64,000 nt of DNA from Bacteroidales bacterium (GCA_027858955.1 JAQIBR010000205.1:3845-67844), one strand, 5' to 3'. Positions 49,725-59,976 are shown, numbered from the stretch's first letter. The notes: generated by a model from the letters alone, not told the origin. Translations and numbers: made by a program.

Positions 49725-50906
49725 ATGAATTACATTCTTTTTGACGACAATTCCCGCAATACCTTGCTTCCATTAACCTTTATGCGTCCTGTAGCCGATA
49801 TTCGTATCGGAATATTAACTATACGTGAAAAATGGGAGCACCATTTAAATACTAAAACATCTACGCTTACAGAAGTATATTTAAGCGAAAAATATCCGAT
49901 TGTAAGAGGCGAAGAAAATATTTTAATAAATGGCTCCATAAATCCATCTCCCGAATTGGTAGAAAAAATTCTTGACTTAAAGCCCAAAGAAATTCTCGTT
50001 GGAGAAGATTATATTATTGCTATGCGCTTATCAGATGATAAATTTGATATGCTTGAAGGAATTGATGCAACAAAAGAGATTAACACAGATATCAATCATT
50101 TTAAGCTAAATCATCCTTGGGAAATTTTCCAATTCAATGGCGAATCTATAATCATGGATTTTGTTCGCTTAACAAAGAATAGAACATCTGAACCTATCAG
50201 TCCAACCAATAATATTTTGGGCCAAGAAAATATTTTTATAGAAAAAGGAGCCAAAATTGAGTTTGCAACACTAAATGCCACAGCCGGACCGATTTATATT
50301 GGCAAAAATGCCGAAATAATGGAGAATGCTGTTATTCGCGGACCTTTTGCCCTGTGTGAAAATTCCACTGTAAAAATTGGAGCAAAAATATATGGACCAA
50401 CAACTATAGGACCATGGTCTAAAGTTGCAGGAGAAATTAGCAATTCAGTGATTTTTGGATACAGCAATAAAGCGCACGATGGTTTTATGGGAAACTCCGT
50501 TATTGCCGAATGGTGTAATTTAGGTTCAGACACTAATACATCTAATCTTAAAAATACTTACGAGAAAGTTCGAATTTGGAGTTATTCACAAAAGTCTTTT
50601 ATTGACACAGGCCTTACTTTCTGCGGTTTAATTATGGGCGATCATTCAAAGTGCGGAATTAATACTATGTTTAATACAGGATCTGTTGTAGGAATAAATT
50701 CAAGCATTTTTGGAAGTGGTTATCAACGAAATTTTATTTCCAGCTTTAAATGGGGCGGACCAAGCGGTTTTACCAAATACGATTTAGAAAAAGCTATTAA
50801 AGTTGCAAGAATTGTTTACGAACGTCGAGGTTTAGATTTTGATGAAGTGAATGAAAATTTATTCCGATCTGTCTTTGATACGACAGCTGGAACAATCAAT
50901 TATTAA
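49725..50906 (+). CDS. GlmU-family putative sugar nucleotidyltransferase
   Basis: LLPLTFMRPVADIRIGILTIREKW N-terminus, hexapeptide repeats, NKAHDGFMGNS. Confidence 0.85.
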   Translation: MNYILFDDNSRNTLLPLTFMRPVADIRIGILTIREKWEHHLNTKTSTLTEVYLSEKYPIVRGEENILINGSINPSPELVEKILDLKPKEILVGEDYIIAMRLSDDKFDMLEGIDATKEINTDINHFKLNHPWEIFQFNGESIIMDFVRLTKNRTSEPISPTNNILGQENIFIEKGAKIEFATLNATAGPIYIGKNAEIMENAVIRGPFALCENSTVKIGAKIYGPTTIGPWSKVAGEISNSVIFGYSNKAHDGFMGNSVIAEWCNLGSDTNTSNLKNTYEKVRIWSYSQKSFIDTGLTFCGLIMGDHSKCGINTMFNTGSVVGINSSIFGSGYQRNFISSFKWGGPSGFTKYDLEKAIKVARIVYERRGLDFDEVNENLFRSVFDTTAGTINY

Positions 50907-50928
50907 TTAATTGATAAAACTATTAAAG

Positions 50929-50951
50929 AAATGCCCGATAAGGGCATTTTT
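50929..50951 (+). terminator. Intrinsic terminator
   Basis: AAATGCCC-GATAA-GGGCATTT followed by Ts. Confidence 0.7.
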
Positions 50952-51121
50952 GGTATATGATTTGAACAGACATTAACTGCAAAAGATGAAGAATATTGTA
51001 ATTTCTTCCAGTTGCCTGATACTCTGATGATTTTGATCTTCTCGATTGATTCAGATTTTAAAAAAATAAATCTATTTTAATAACTTGCTGACAAATTGTC
51101 TCAAAATATATAAATTTTAAA

Positions 51122-53581
51122 ATGTCGAATTTTCTAGAATTCTCCGATCTCATTAGTAACGAAAGCGAATTTATTCCTCTTTTAACTGAAGAAGACGAAG
51201 AACAAATGAATACCGAACAGGTTCCCGATTCTCTACCTGTTCTTCCTTTAAGAAATACAGTTTTGTTTCCCGGAGTAGTCGTACCGATTACAGTTGGTCG
51301 CGATAAATCCATTCAGCTTATTAAGGATTCTTACAATACGGGAAATAAAACAATTGCCGTTGTGGCTCAAAAAGACGTAAAAATTGAAGAGCCAGAGTTT
51401 GATGATTTACATAAAACCGGCACACAGGCGTATATATTAAAACTACTTACAATGCCCGATGGCAATACAACTGCCATTATTCAAGGCAAAAGGCGCATAA
51501 AACTTGAAGAAATGATTAGTAACGAGCCTTATTATATTTCTACTATTACTCCCATTCTTGAAGATAGAAGTCAGATAAATGATAAAAATTTTAAAGCATT
51601 ACTCGAATCCGTTAAAGATTTATCTATTCAAATTATAAAACTGTCGCCCAATTTGCCTTCAGAAGCTGCTTTTGCACTTAAAAATATCGAAAGTCCAAGT
51701 TTTCTGGTCAATTTTATAGCATCAAACCTAAATATTGAAGTCGAGGAAAAGCAAAAATTGCTTAAAATTGATTCAATTCAAGTTCGTACTCAGAATATTC
51801 TGAGCATATTAACTAAAGAGCTTCAAATGCTGGAGCTGAAGAATAAAATCCAAAGTAAGGTTAAGACAGATTTAGATAAGCAGCAACGCGATTATATTCT
51901 TAACCAACAATTAAGAACTATTCAGGAAGAATTAGGTGATGTTCCCAACGATACTGAGATTAAAGATTTGGATGAAAAGGCCAAAACTAAGAAGTGGTCG
52001 AAGGAAGTAGCGGACACTTTTTCCAAAGAACTCAAAAAGCTTAAAAGAATGAATCACCAGGCTGCTGAGTTTTCAATACAACTGAATTATTTGGAGACTT
52101 TAATAGAACTGCCTTGGAACGAATATACCAAAGACAAACTTGATCTTAATCATGCCGAAAAGATTCTAAATCAGGATCATTACGGGATGGAGAAAATTAA
52201 AGAACGTATTATAGAATATTTAGCCGTTATTCGATTGAAAGGCGATTTGAAATCACCGATTCTATGTTTAGTAGGCCCTCCGGGTGTCGGAAAAACTTCT
52301 TTAGGTAAATCTATTGCACGCGCTCTTAATCGTAAATATATCAGAATGTCTTTGGGTGGATTGCGTGATGAATCAGAATTGCGCGGTCATCGGAAAACTT
52401 ATATTGGTGCGTTGCCGGGAAGGATTATCCAAAATCTTAAAAAGGCAAAATCGGCAAATCCAGTATTTGTACTAGATGAAATTGATAAAGTGAGCGGAAA
52501 CAATATAAGTGGCGATCCGCAAGCTGCATTATTGGAGATTTTAGATCCAGAACAAAACAGTAATTTCCACGATAATTATTTGGAAGTCGATTTCGATTTA
52601 TCAAAAATTATGTTTGTTGCTACCGCCAATACGCTTTCAACAATCCATCCTGCTTTAAGAGACCGAATGGAAATTATTGATTTGAGCGGTTATTTGCTTG
52701 AAGAAAAAATCGAAATCGCTAAAAAACACCTTGTTCCTAAACAATTAAAAGAACATGGAGTTAAACCAAAGCAGATTTCCTTTACAAAGAAAGTGCTTGA
52801 AAAAATCATCGACGATTATACGCGTGAATCTGGAGTTAGAGGCCTTGAAAAAAATATTGCAAAAGTTATTCGTAACCGAGTCAAATATTTAGTTACAGAA
52901 GCTGATTACAATAAATCTATTACAAGAGAAGACATAATTGATATTTTAGGACGTGCTCGTTTTCAACGTGATAGAGATTTAAATAATGATGTAGCAGGCG
53001 TTGTTACGGGTTTGGCTTGGACACAAGTTGGAGGTGAAATTTTATTTATCGAATCGAGTTTAAGTAAAGGAAAAGGGCAACTTAGCCTGACCGGAAATTT
53101 AGGCGAAGTGATGAAAGAATCGGCAACTATATCTTTTGAGTATTTAAAGGCACATGCCGCTCGTTTTAATATCGATCCAGAATTATTTCAACAATTTAAT
53201 CCGCATATCCATATTCCGGAAGGAGCAACTCCTAAAGATGGACCATCTGCCGGTATAACCATGATCACTGCTTTAGTTTCTTTGTTTACTCAGCGTAAGC
53301 TTAAAAATAATATTGCTATGACAGGCGAAATTACTCTTAGAGGAAAAGTTTTACCGGTAGGAGGGATTAAGGAAAAAATTCTTGCTGCAAAGCGTGCTAA
53401 AGTGAAAGAAATATTGCTCTCAGAGGCCAATCGTAAAGATATTGAAGAAATTAACGAAAAATATATTGAAGGATTAAAATTCAGTTATTTTGATAATATG
53501 CTCGAATTGGTTGATTATGCTTTATTAAAAGAAAAAGTGAAAAACCCACTGGATCTGTCTTTTGTAAAAAACGGAAAATGA
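51122..53581 (+). CDS. lon: ATP-dependent protease La (LonA)
   Basis: LPLRNTVLFPG, GPPGVGKTS, DEIDK, PKDGPSAG. Confidence 0.97.
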   Translation: MSNFLEFSDLISNESEFIPLLTEEDEEQMNTEQVPDSLPVLPLRNTVLFPGVVVPITVGRDKSIQLIKDSYNTGNKTIAVVAQKDVKIEEPEFDDLHKTGTQAYILKLLTMPDGNTTAIIQGKRRIKLEEMISNEPYYISTITPILEDRSQINDKNFKALLESVKDLSIQIIKLSPNLPSEAAFALKNIESPSFLVNFIASNLNIEVEEKQKLLKIDSIQVRTQNILSILTKELQMLELKNKIQSKVKTDLDKQQRDYILNQQLRTIQEELGDVPNDTEIKDLDEKAKTKKWSKEVADTFSKELKKLKRMNHQAAEFSIQLNYLETLIELPWNEYTKDKLDLNHAEKILNQDHYGMEKIKERIIEYLAVIRLKGDLKSPILCLVGPPGVGKTSLGKSIARALNRKYIRMSLGGLRDESELRGHRKTYIGALPGRIIQNLKKAKSANPVFVLDEIDKVSGNNISGDPQAALLEILDPEQNSNFHDNYLEVDFDLSKIMFVATANTLSTIHPALRDRMEIIDLSGYLLEEKIEIAKKHLVPKQLKEHGVKPKQISFTKKVLEKIIDDYTRESGVRGLEKNIAKVIRNRVKYLVTEADYNKSITREDIIDILGRARFQRDRDLNNDVAGVVTGLAWTQVGGEILFIESSLSKGKGQLSLTGNLGEVMKESATISFEYLKAHAARFNIDPELFQQFNPHIHIPEGATPKDGPSAGITMITALVSLFTQRKLKNNIAMTGEITLRGKVLPVGGIKEKILAAKRAKVKEILLSEANRKDIEEINEKYIEGLKFSYFDNMLELVDYALLKEKVKNPLDLSFVKNGK

Positions 53582-53646
53582 ACTTGACTACGATTTTTGA
53601 TTTTAAATATATAGTCTGCTCCGAAAAGATTGAAAATATAAAAAAA

Positions 53647-53911
53647 GTCCTGAAAGGACTGAATTTGAATAACCGTGGGCTTCGGCGTGAGCGTTCGACT
53701 GAGCTCACGCCGAAGTCTCAGTCGAACGGTGCAACCCACGGAAGGATGATAGACGAATTCACAACCCTGAAAGGGTTGAATATTAACGTATTAGAAGTTC
53801 AACCCTTTCAGGGTTGCGATTTCAATTTTGCATATTCTCCACCGGTTACACCGATGGTTATTCAAATTTTATCCCTTCGGGATAATCTATCGACTTTTAG
53901 GAGTGGACTCA
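53647..53911 (+). repeat. REP/REPIN-like element copy B (265 bp) with a 50-bp nested insertion
   Basis: Same module order as 38931-39144, plus extra sequence at 53680-53729 in the CCGTGGG/CCCACGG loop. Confidence 0.85.
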
Positions 53912-53970
53912 GTATTAGAAAAAAATAATTGGCGAGCTGCATCTGGCCAAATACTTTAAATTATTATCAG

Positions 53971-54357
53971 ATGAAGAATCTAAAAAAATATTACAATCTA
54001 CAGGCTAGCACGCAAGACGTTTATACGGCATTGACAAACCCTCTTACCATTGAGCTTTGGACAGGCGAAAAAGCGATAATGAGTGAAGAAGAAGGCTTTG
54101 AATTTAATCTCTGGGATGGTGATATTGTTGGAAAAAACATTGCTATTGAACCTGGCGTCAGCATCAAACAACAATGGTATTTTGGCGATGAAGATGAAGA
54201 AAATCCATCCATCGTAAATATCAAACTGTGGGAAGTAAAGGGAGGAACATCAGTAGAATTACTTCATACAAATATTCCCGACGAAGCCTTTGAAAATATT
54301 GTCGATGGTTGGGATAATGCATATTTTGGTGCTATTTCCAAGCTTTTAGATGTTTAG
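53971..54357 (+). CDS. SRPBCC/AHSA1 domain protein
   Basis: VYTALTNPL.IELWTGE, FNLWDG, GWDNAYFG. Start at ATG 53971. Confidence 0.85.
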   Translation: MKNLKKYYNLQASTQDVYTALTNPLTIELWTGEKAIMSEEEGFEFNLWDGDIVGKNIAIEPGVSIKQQWYFGDEDEENPSIVNIKLWEVKGGTSVELLHTNIPDEAFENIVDGWDNAYFGAISKLLDV

Positions 54358-54464
54358 TTTTTGACCTTCATAGCGAGATTATTAATTCATTTTAATTGTA
54401 TTTAATATTGGCAAGGCTATAAAAAGATTTGCGAATTATTATTTCAATATTGATGCCCGTCAGT

Positions 54465-54487
54465 CTTCGGCGCGTGCTCAGTCGAGC
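54465..54487 (+). repeat. Degenerate copy of the 23-bp unit CTTCGGCGTGAGCTCAGTCGAAC
   Basis: CTTCGGCGCGTGCTCAGTCGAGC, 20/23 identical. Confidence 0.7.
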
Positions 54488-54631
54488 GCTGCCGGATGGT
54501 GCATTAGTGTTTTGTGCCAGAGGCATCCCTTTATAAGTGGCAAAATTATTTTTAGCCCATTTTTTACTTAACAGCAAATAAATTCCTATAGTCGAAACCC
54601 AATAAAACACTTATTTATTCGTTTTAATGCT

Positions 54632-55150
54632 ATGCGATTTAAATACTTGATATTAGCATTACTTCTGCCTCATTACTATGTATCTTATAGCCAAAGTTTT
54701 AAGGGGATACCAGAAGGGACTGAAGATGTTGAAATTCAGAATTTAAAGTTTGAAATAGAAGTGCTTGATTTAGTAAATGAAATTCGCATTAAACAAGGAG
54801 TAGAAGTTCTTGTTTGGCATGAAGACTTAGCACGAGCTGCACGATATCACGCACAAGATATGGCTAATGATGATTATATGGAACATCAAACCTACGATCG
54901 AAATAAAAATCAATTATTCAAAGTATGTGAAACTTTTGAGAGAATACAAAAATTCATTAAAATGTCTTACTTAGCAGAAAATATTTCTGCGGGCAAAACC
55001 AACGCCAAAGAAACTGTAGATGCTTGGATGAAAAGTAAAAGTCACCACGATAATATTCTTAACCCAAATTTTAAGTTTTTAGGGGTGGGCTACTATTATA
55101 AGAAAAACACCAAATATCTCCATTATTGGGTGCAAGATTTTGGAGGATAA
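54632..55150 (+). CDS. CAP (SCP) domain protein
   Basis: LARAARYHAQDM, AENI, WMKSKSHHDNIL, YWVQDFG. Confidence 0.88.
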   Translation: MRFKYLILALLLPHYYVSYSQSFKGIPEGTEDVEIQNLKFEIEVLDLVNEIRIKQGVEVLVWHEDLARAARYHAQDMANDDYMEHQTYDRNKNQLFKVCETFERIQKFIKMSYLAENISAGKTNAKETVDAWMKSKSHHDNILNPNFKFLGVGYYYKKNTKYLHYWVQDFGG

Positions 55151-55227
55151 ATCACAAATAACATAAGATTCTAAATATAAAAACCAGAGCTAAAAAGAAA
55201 CTACTATCTTTGCCAAAAACTTTAATA

Positions 55228-55599
55228 ATGCCATTAAAAATACTTGTGATTGGTGCAAGTTCAAACCCAGAACGTTATTCTTTCAAAGCAATTAATTTGC
55301 TTAAAAAATACGAGCATTCAGTTATTGCGCTTGGCTTGCGTGAGGATTGGATAGGGGATACAAAAATTCTTATTGGTTTCCCTAAATTTGATGATATTGA
55401 TACCATTACACTTTATATTGGCTCAAAGAATCAAGTAAATTTCTATAATTATATATTTGAAATAAATCCTAGACGAATTATATTTAATCCCGGAACACAT
55501 AATCCATATTTAATCGATAAGGCCAAAGAAAAAGGTATAGAAATTATTGAAGATTGTACCTTAGTTATGCTTAATACTGGAAAATTTGAAATGAATTAA
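55228..55599 (+). CDS. CoA-binding protein (YccU-like)
   Basis: VIGASSNPERYS, PRRIIFNPGT, CTLVML. Confidence 0.88.
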   Translation: MPLKILVIGASSNPERYSFKAINLLKKYEHSVIALGLREDWIGDTKILIGFPKFDDIDTITLYIGSKNQVNFYNYIFEINPRRIIFNPGTHNPYLIDKAKEKGIEIIEDCTLVMLNTGKFEMN

Positions 55600-55601
55600 T
55601 T

Positions 55602-56942
55602 ATGAAGGTCTTAAGAAACAAAATGTATCAAATTTTAATCATTGTTGGAAGCTTCTTTTTATTTCCTCTAATTTCATCAGCTCAACTTGAAGTAAATCTT
55701 TTAACTGATTGTCCTACAGATAATATCCAGATACCAGTTCAAATTAAAAATTTCGACAATGTTTCATCTTTTGAACTAATATTAAAATACAATGCCGACG
55801 TACTAACTTTTCAAAAGAGCCTAATTCATAATCCAATATTCACTATTAATAACGATAGCCGATATACTATCCAAGTAGTAAATGAGGATAATAGTTTGAA
55901 GATCCGATGGTCGGCCTATTATGGTATTAGCATTAGTGAGGAACCTTTGCTTTTTCTTGAATTTCAACAAGTTGGTAATGGAAGTAGCGATTTTACTTGG
56001 ATCGATACCTTGTCGCATGTTTATAGAATTGGTAATGTAGAGCAAGTAGTAGACTATTCAGCGGATTCTAATTTCTTGATTCCAAATTCTAGTCCATTCA
56101 AAATCAATATCAATCAGCTAAGTACAGGTTGCAGAGATGATAGCGAAAATGGATGTAAAGCTCAGGCAGAAGTTATCATTACCGGTGCTTCAGAACCTTT
56201 CAAATATCAATGGCAAGATAAATTCAATCAGCAAACTAAAACGGCCATTGGACTTTGCCAAGACCCTGTTTCAGTAGTTGTTAGTGATTCCAAAGGATGT
56301 GTTTTTGGAGATATTTTTCAAGCTGAGATTTATCCGGCTAACAATATGCAGATTTTTTCAAATCCCGAAATTGCTTTTATAACAAAACCTGTTGTAGAAT
56401 TTCAAAGTGAATATTCAGGTGATGAACCACAAATTTATAAATGGGATTTTGGCGATGGCGGAACTTCAGCAACTGCAAACACAGAACATACTTTTGAGCA
56501 AGTTGGTAATTATATAATTTCACTAAGGACACGTAGTGATGAGGGCTGTGATACAACTGTATACATCAATAATTTTGAGGTTAGGGAATTGGATTTTTGC
56601 ATTCCTAATGTATTTACTCCAAATGGTGATAATATTAACGATCGTTGGTTTTTCAAAATAGGAGAGCCGCCAAGTATAGATGAAGATGAGAATTTAAAGA
56701 CAGGCTACTTTGAAACAAAAAATTGCTCAGGTGAAGATTTAATATTTAATGAACATTTTAAGCATACTCGTTTGATTGTCATCAATCGTAGTGGTGGTAA
56801 AGTATACGATTGTAACGACTGTGAAGAAAACTGGGATGGAGGTTCACTTCCCGATGGAGTTTATTTTTACGTATTTGAATGGGAAGGTGAATATTCGAGC
56901 GGTAGAGAACAAGGCGATGTAACTATTTTAAGAGGAAAATAA
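55602..56942 (+). CDS. T9SS type B (gliding-motility-associated) CTD protein with cohesin-like and PKD domains
   Basis: IPVQIKNFDNVSSFEL (cohesin-like), WDFGDG (PKD), IPNVFTPNGDNIND...WDG..LPDGVYFY (CHU_C-type CTD). Confidence 0.8.
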   Translation: MKVLRNKMYQILIIVGSFFLFPLISSAQLEVNLLTDCPTDNIQIPVQIKNFDNVSSFELILKYNADVLTFQKSLIHNPIFTINNDSRYTIQVVNEDNSLKIRWSAYYGISISEEPLLFLEFQQVGNGSSDFTWIDTLSHVYRIGNVEQVVDYSADSNFLIPNSSPFKININQLSTGCRDDSENGCKAQAEVIITGASEPFKYQWQDKFNQQTKTAIGLCQDPVSVVVSDSKGCVFGDIFQAEIYPANNMQIFSNPEIAFITKPVVEFQSEYSGDEPQIYKWDFGDGGTSATANTEHTFEQVGNYIISLRTRSDEGCDTTVYINNFEVRELDFCIPNVFTPNGDNINDRWFFKIGEPPSIDEDENLKTGYFETKNCSGEDLIFNEHFKHTRLIVINRSGGKVYDCNDCEENWDGGSLPDGVYFYVFEWEGEYSSGREQGDVTILRGK

Positions 56943-56953
56943 TAAATTAATTT

Positions 56954-57799
56954 ATGGATAAAATTGAGGAAATTCAAGCTTTTGCGACTCAGGTTAGGAG
57001 AGATATTTTACGGATGGTACATGGCGCTAAATCAGGTCACCCTGGAGGCTCTTTAGGCTGCGCCGATTTTATTAGTGTATTGTATAAGCATATTCTAAAA
57101 TACGATAGGAATAATTTTACAATGGATGGATTAAACGAAGACCTTTTCTTTATATCAAACGGACATATTGCACCAGTTTGGTATAGTGTTTTGGCACGTT
57201 CAGGATTCTTTCCTTTGGAAGAATTAAGCACACTGCGTCAGTTAGATTCGCGACTACAGGGTCATCCAACTAACCATGATGGCTTACCTGGAATTAGAAT
57301 TGCTTCAGGATCACTTGGACAAGGATTATCAGTTGCCTTAGGTGCTGCTCAGGCTAAAAAACTCAATAACGACAATAGTTTGGTTTTTTCATTACATGGT
57401 GATGGCGAATTGGACGAAGGGCAAATTTGGGAAGCTTTAACTTATGGAGCAGCAAAAAAAATAGATAATATTATTAGTACCATCGATTACAATCAAAAAC
57501 AAATTGATGGTCCTATTCAAGATGTTCTTGACCTTGGCGATCTAAATGCAAAACTTCTAGCTTTTGGATGGGATGTTTTGGAAATGCGGGGAAATGATGT
57601 AGCCAATGTGATTGATGTACTAAAACAAGCTATTGCTAAAACTGGCAAAGGCAAGCCCATAGCAATTATCATGCATACCGAAATGGGAGCAGGAGTTGAT
57701 TTTATGATGGGAACCCACAAATGGCATGGTAATGCTCCAAACGATGACCAGTTGGCTACAGCTTTGGCCCAACTTCCTGAAACTTTGGGCGATTACTAG
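56954..57799 (+). CDS. Transketolase N-terminal subunit
   Basis: SGHPGGSLG, SNGH, GSLGQG, GDGELDEGQIWEA. Confidence 0.93.
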   Translation: MDKIEEIQAFATQVRRDILRMVHGAKSGHPGGSLGCADFISVLYKHILKYDRNNFTMDGLNEDLFFISNGHIAPVWYSVLARSGFFPLEELSTLRQLDSRLQGHPTNHDGLPGIRIASGSLGQGLSVALGAAQAKKLNNDNSLVFSLHGDGELDEGQIWEALTYGAAKKIDNIISTIDYNQKQIDGPIQDVLDLGDLNAKLLAFGWDVLEMRGNDVANVIDVLKQAIAKTGKGKPIAIIMHTEMGAGVDFMMGTHKWHGNAPNDDQLATALAQLPETLGDY

Positions 57800-57829
57800 T
57801 ATTCACAATCCTAAATCAATGAAAAAAGA

Positions 57830-58786
57830 ATGAAAAAATATACTTTTACGGAAAAAATTGATACTAGATCAGGTTTTGGAGCAGGACTCTATGAATTGGG
57901 GAAAACAAATCCAAATGTTGTAGCACTGGTTGCTGATCTCACAGGTTCATTAAAGATGAATGCATTTAAAAATGAATTCCCTGATCGCTTTTTTCAGTCA
58001 GGAATTGCTGAAGCTAATATGATGGGAATGGCTGCAGGATTAACTATTGGAGGTAAAATTCCATTTGCTGGAACTTTCGCTGCTTTTGCAACTGGCCGTG
58101 TTTACGATCAAGTAAGGCAATCTATCGCTTATTCAAATAAAAATGTTAAGATTTGTGCTTCACATGCTGGTATAACACTCGGTGAAGATGGCGCAACTCA
58201 CCAAATTTTGGAAGATATTGGCCTGATGAAAATGCTTCCGGGCATGATAGTAATTTGCCCTTGCGATTATAATCAAACTAAAGCTGCAACTCTTGCAATT
58301 GCTGATTATGTTGGCCCTGTTTATTTACGCTTTGGTCGACCTGCAGTACCTAATTTTACTAATCCTAATGAGAAATTTGAAATAGGAAAAGCACAACTTC
58401 TGAGTGAAGGAACTGATATTACTATTGTAGCTACAGGACATATGGTTTGGGAAGCAATACAAGCTGGAGAAGATTTAGCTAAAGATGGTATAAGTGCGGA
58501 AATTATTAATATCCATACTATTAAACCACTAGATAAAGATGCTATTTTGGCTTCTGTGAAAAAAACGGGCTGTGTTGTTAGTGCTGAGGAACATCAAAAA
58601 GCGGGTGGACTTGGAGAAAGCATAGCGTCTTTATTAAGTACAAATCTACCAACTCCTATGGATATAATTTCCATTAATGATGAATGGGGTCAAAGTGGAA
58701 CACCTACCGCTTTAATGGAAAAATATGGCTTAAATGCCGCTAATATAAAGGACGCAGCAAAACGCTTAGTCGCTAAAAAAGATTGA
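57830..58786 (+). CDS. Transketolase C-terminal subunit
   Basis: GIAEANM, GEDGATHQ, YLRFGR, AEEH. Confidence 0.93.
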   Translation: MKKYTFTEKIDTRSGFGAGLYELGKTNPNVVALVADLTGSLKMNAFKNEFPDRFFQSGIAEANMMGMAAGLTIGGKIPFAGTFAAFATGRVYDQVRQSIAYSNKNVKICASHAGITLGEDGATHQILEDIGLMKMLPGMIVICPCDYNQTKAATLAIADYVGPVYLRFGRPAVPNFTNPNEKFEIGKAQLLSEGTDITIVATGHMVWEAIQAGEDLAKDGISAEIINIHTIKPLDKDAILASVKKTGCVVSAEEHQKAGGLGESIASLLSTNLPTPMDIISINDEWGQSGTPTALMEKYGLNAANIKDAAKRLVAKKD

Positions 58787-58869
58787 TTATCTTAGTTTTT
58801 GAGAATATTTTTGTTGATTATATAGAATATTGTCCATATTTTAAAAAGGCTGTATAAAATAAAAAAACT

Positions 58870-59010
58870 TAATTGTCTGGTATGTAAACCTATAGTTCTT
58901 TGGCATAAATATTGAGCAATGATGTCCGAGTTCTTTCATTAAGTTAATCTTAATTATAGTGTCGGAGTGGTTACCGCGCTATTCAGGAGTAGTGATACTC
59001 CATGTAATTA
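58870..59010 (+). ncRNA. Candidate structured RNA (unassigned)
   Basis: GC-richer intergenic island with a GGAGTA-GTGA-TACTCC hairpin, TCCGA/TCGGA pairing and a downstream plus-strand terminator. No family recognised. Confidence 0.25.
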
Positions 59011-59032
59011 ATATTTTTTTAATAATTGTTCG

Positions 59033-59065
59033 AAAGCCAAAGTTTAATTTCTTTGGCTTTTTTTT
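59033..59065. terminator. Bidirectional intrinsic terminator
   Basis: AAAGCCAAAG-8nt-CTTTGGCTTT with a T-run on the plus strand. Confidence 0.8.
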
Positions 59066-59082
59066 GTTTAATAAGTATCTGA

Positions 59083-59976
59083 TTATGTAATTTTCTTTAA
59101 TTGAGAAAGGAATAAACCAAATAAAACAATAATCATACCACCTAATTTAACTATTGTTATAGATTCATCCAATACAAAATAGGCAAATACCAGCGTAAAT
59201 ACAGGAATGCTATAAGAGAATGCAGTAGCTTTACTCGGTCCAATTTTGCTAATTCCATAAGCAAATAATACAAAAGCAATAGAAGAAGCAAATAGAGCCA
59301 AATTAAATAAAGAAAATGCTAAATCGAGTGTAATTAGCTTTGGGAAATTCATCATATTCTTCCATTCAAAAGCAAAAATTAATGGAAAAAACAAAATGAT
59401 TCCAATCAGATTCTGATAGGTTGTTATGGTGATGGAATTATAGTTCGATGTTAATTTTTTAAGTCCTAATCCATATATAGTGCCTGTTATAACAGCCAAA
59501 AATAACATCAATATTCCCAACCAAGAGAATGTGAATTTATTTCCAAATTCTAATACCACTAATGAAACTCCTCCAAACGAAATAAACAATCCAAAAATAT
59601 TCATTCTTGTTAGTTTTTCACGAAAAAGAAAAAAAGCCCCTATAGGCGTAAATAGAGGAATTGTTGCAATTAAAATAGAAGATATAGACGCAGATGTGTA
59701 TTTAATTCCATAACCTTCAAATATAAAATATAAAAATGGCTGCGTAAAGGAAAGAAACAGTAAAAATAGGTAATCTTTCTTTTGAATCTTTTGCAATTTA
59801 CGACTGACGCTTGCAATCGAAAATAATAGGAAGAAAGATAAAATCAATCGAAAAAAGATAATTAATAAAGGAGTAAATACTTCTAAAAGTTGGCGTGTCC
59901 AAACAAAGGACAAGCCCCAAAACATCATAGAAAAGAATAGGGCAGGATAGGCATTATTAATACTCTTGATTTTCAT
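59083..59976 (-). CDS. DMT/EamA family transporter
   Basis: FWGLSF, about 10 TMs, GIKYTSASIS, IGPSKATAF. Confidence 0.9.
   Translation of the reverse strand: MKIKSINNAYPALFFSMMFWGLSFVWTRQLLEVFTPLLIIFFRLILSFFLLFSIASVSRKLQKIQKKDYLFLLFLSFTQPFLYFIFEGYGIKYTSASISSILIATIPLFTPIGAFFLFREKLTRMNIFGLFISFGGVSLVVLEFGNKFTFSWLGILMLFLAVITGTIYGLGLKKLTSNYNSITITTYQNLIGIILFFPLIFAFEWKNMMNFPKLITLDLAFSLFNLALFASSIAFVLFAYGISKIGPSKATAFSYSIPVFTLVFAYFVLDESITIVKLGGMIIVLFGLFLSQLKKIT

Noticed and set aside
50952-51056. Short minus-strand frame ESIEKIKIIRVSGNWKKLQY... before lon
   Set aside because: It might be a gene remnant, but it has no start and no family I can support.
51058-51312. Antisense ORF over the lon 5' end, representative of the many 60-120 aa shadow ORFs
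   Set aside because: They are opposite-strand or alternate-frame to well-supported genes and have no motifs.
53647-53911. Possible CRISPR array from the recurring palindromes
   Set aside because: There are no regularly spaced identical repeats with unique spacers and no cas genes.
58960-59001. tRNA-like GTCGGAGTGGTTA segment
   Set aside because: There is no T-loop (GTTCRA) and no acceptor stem; kept only as an unassigned RNA candidate.
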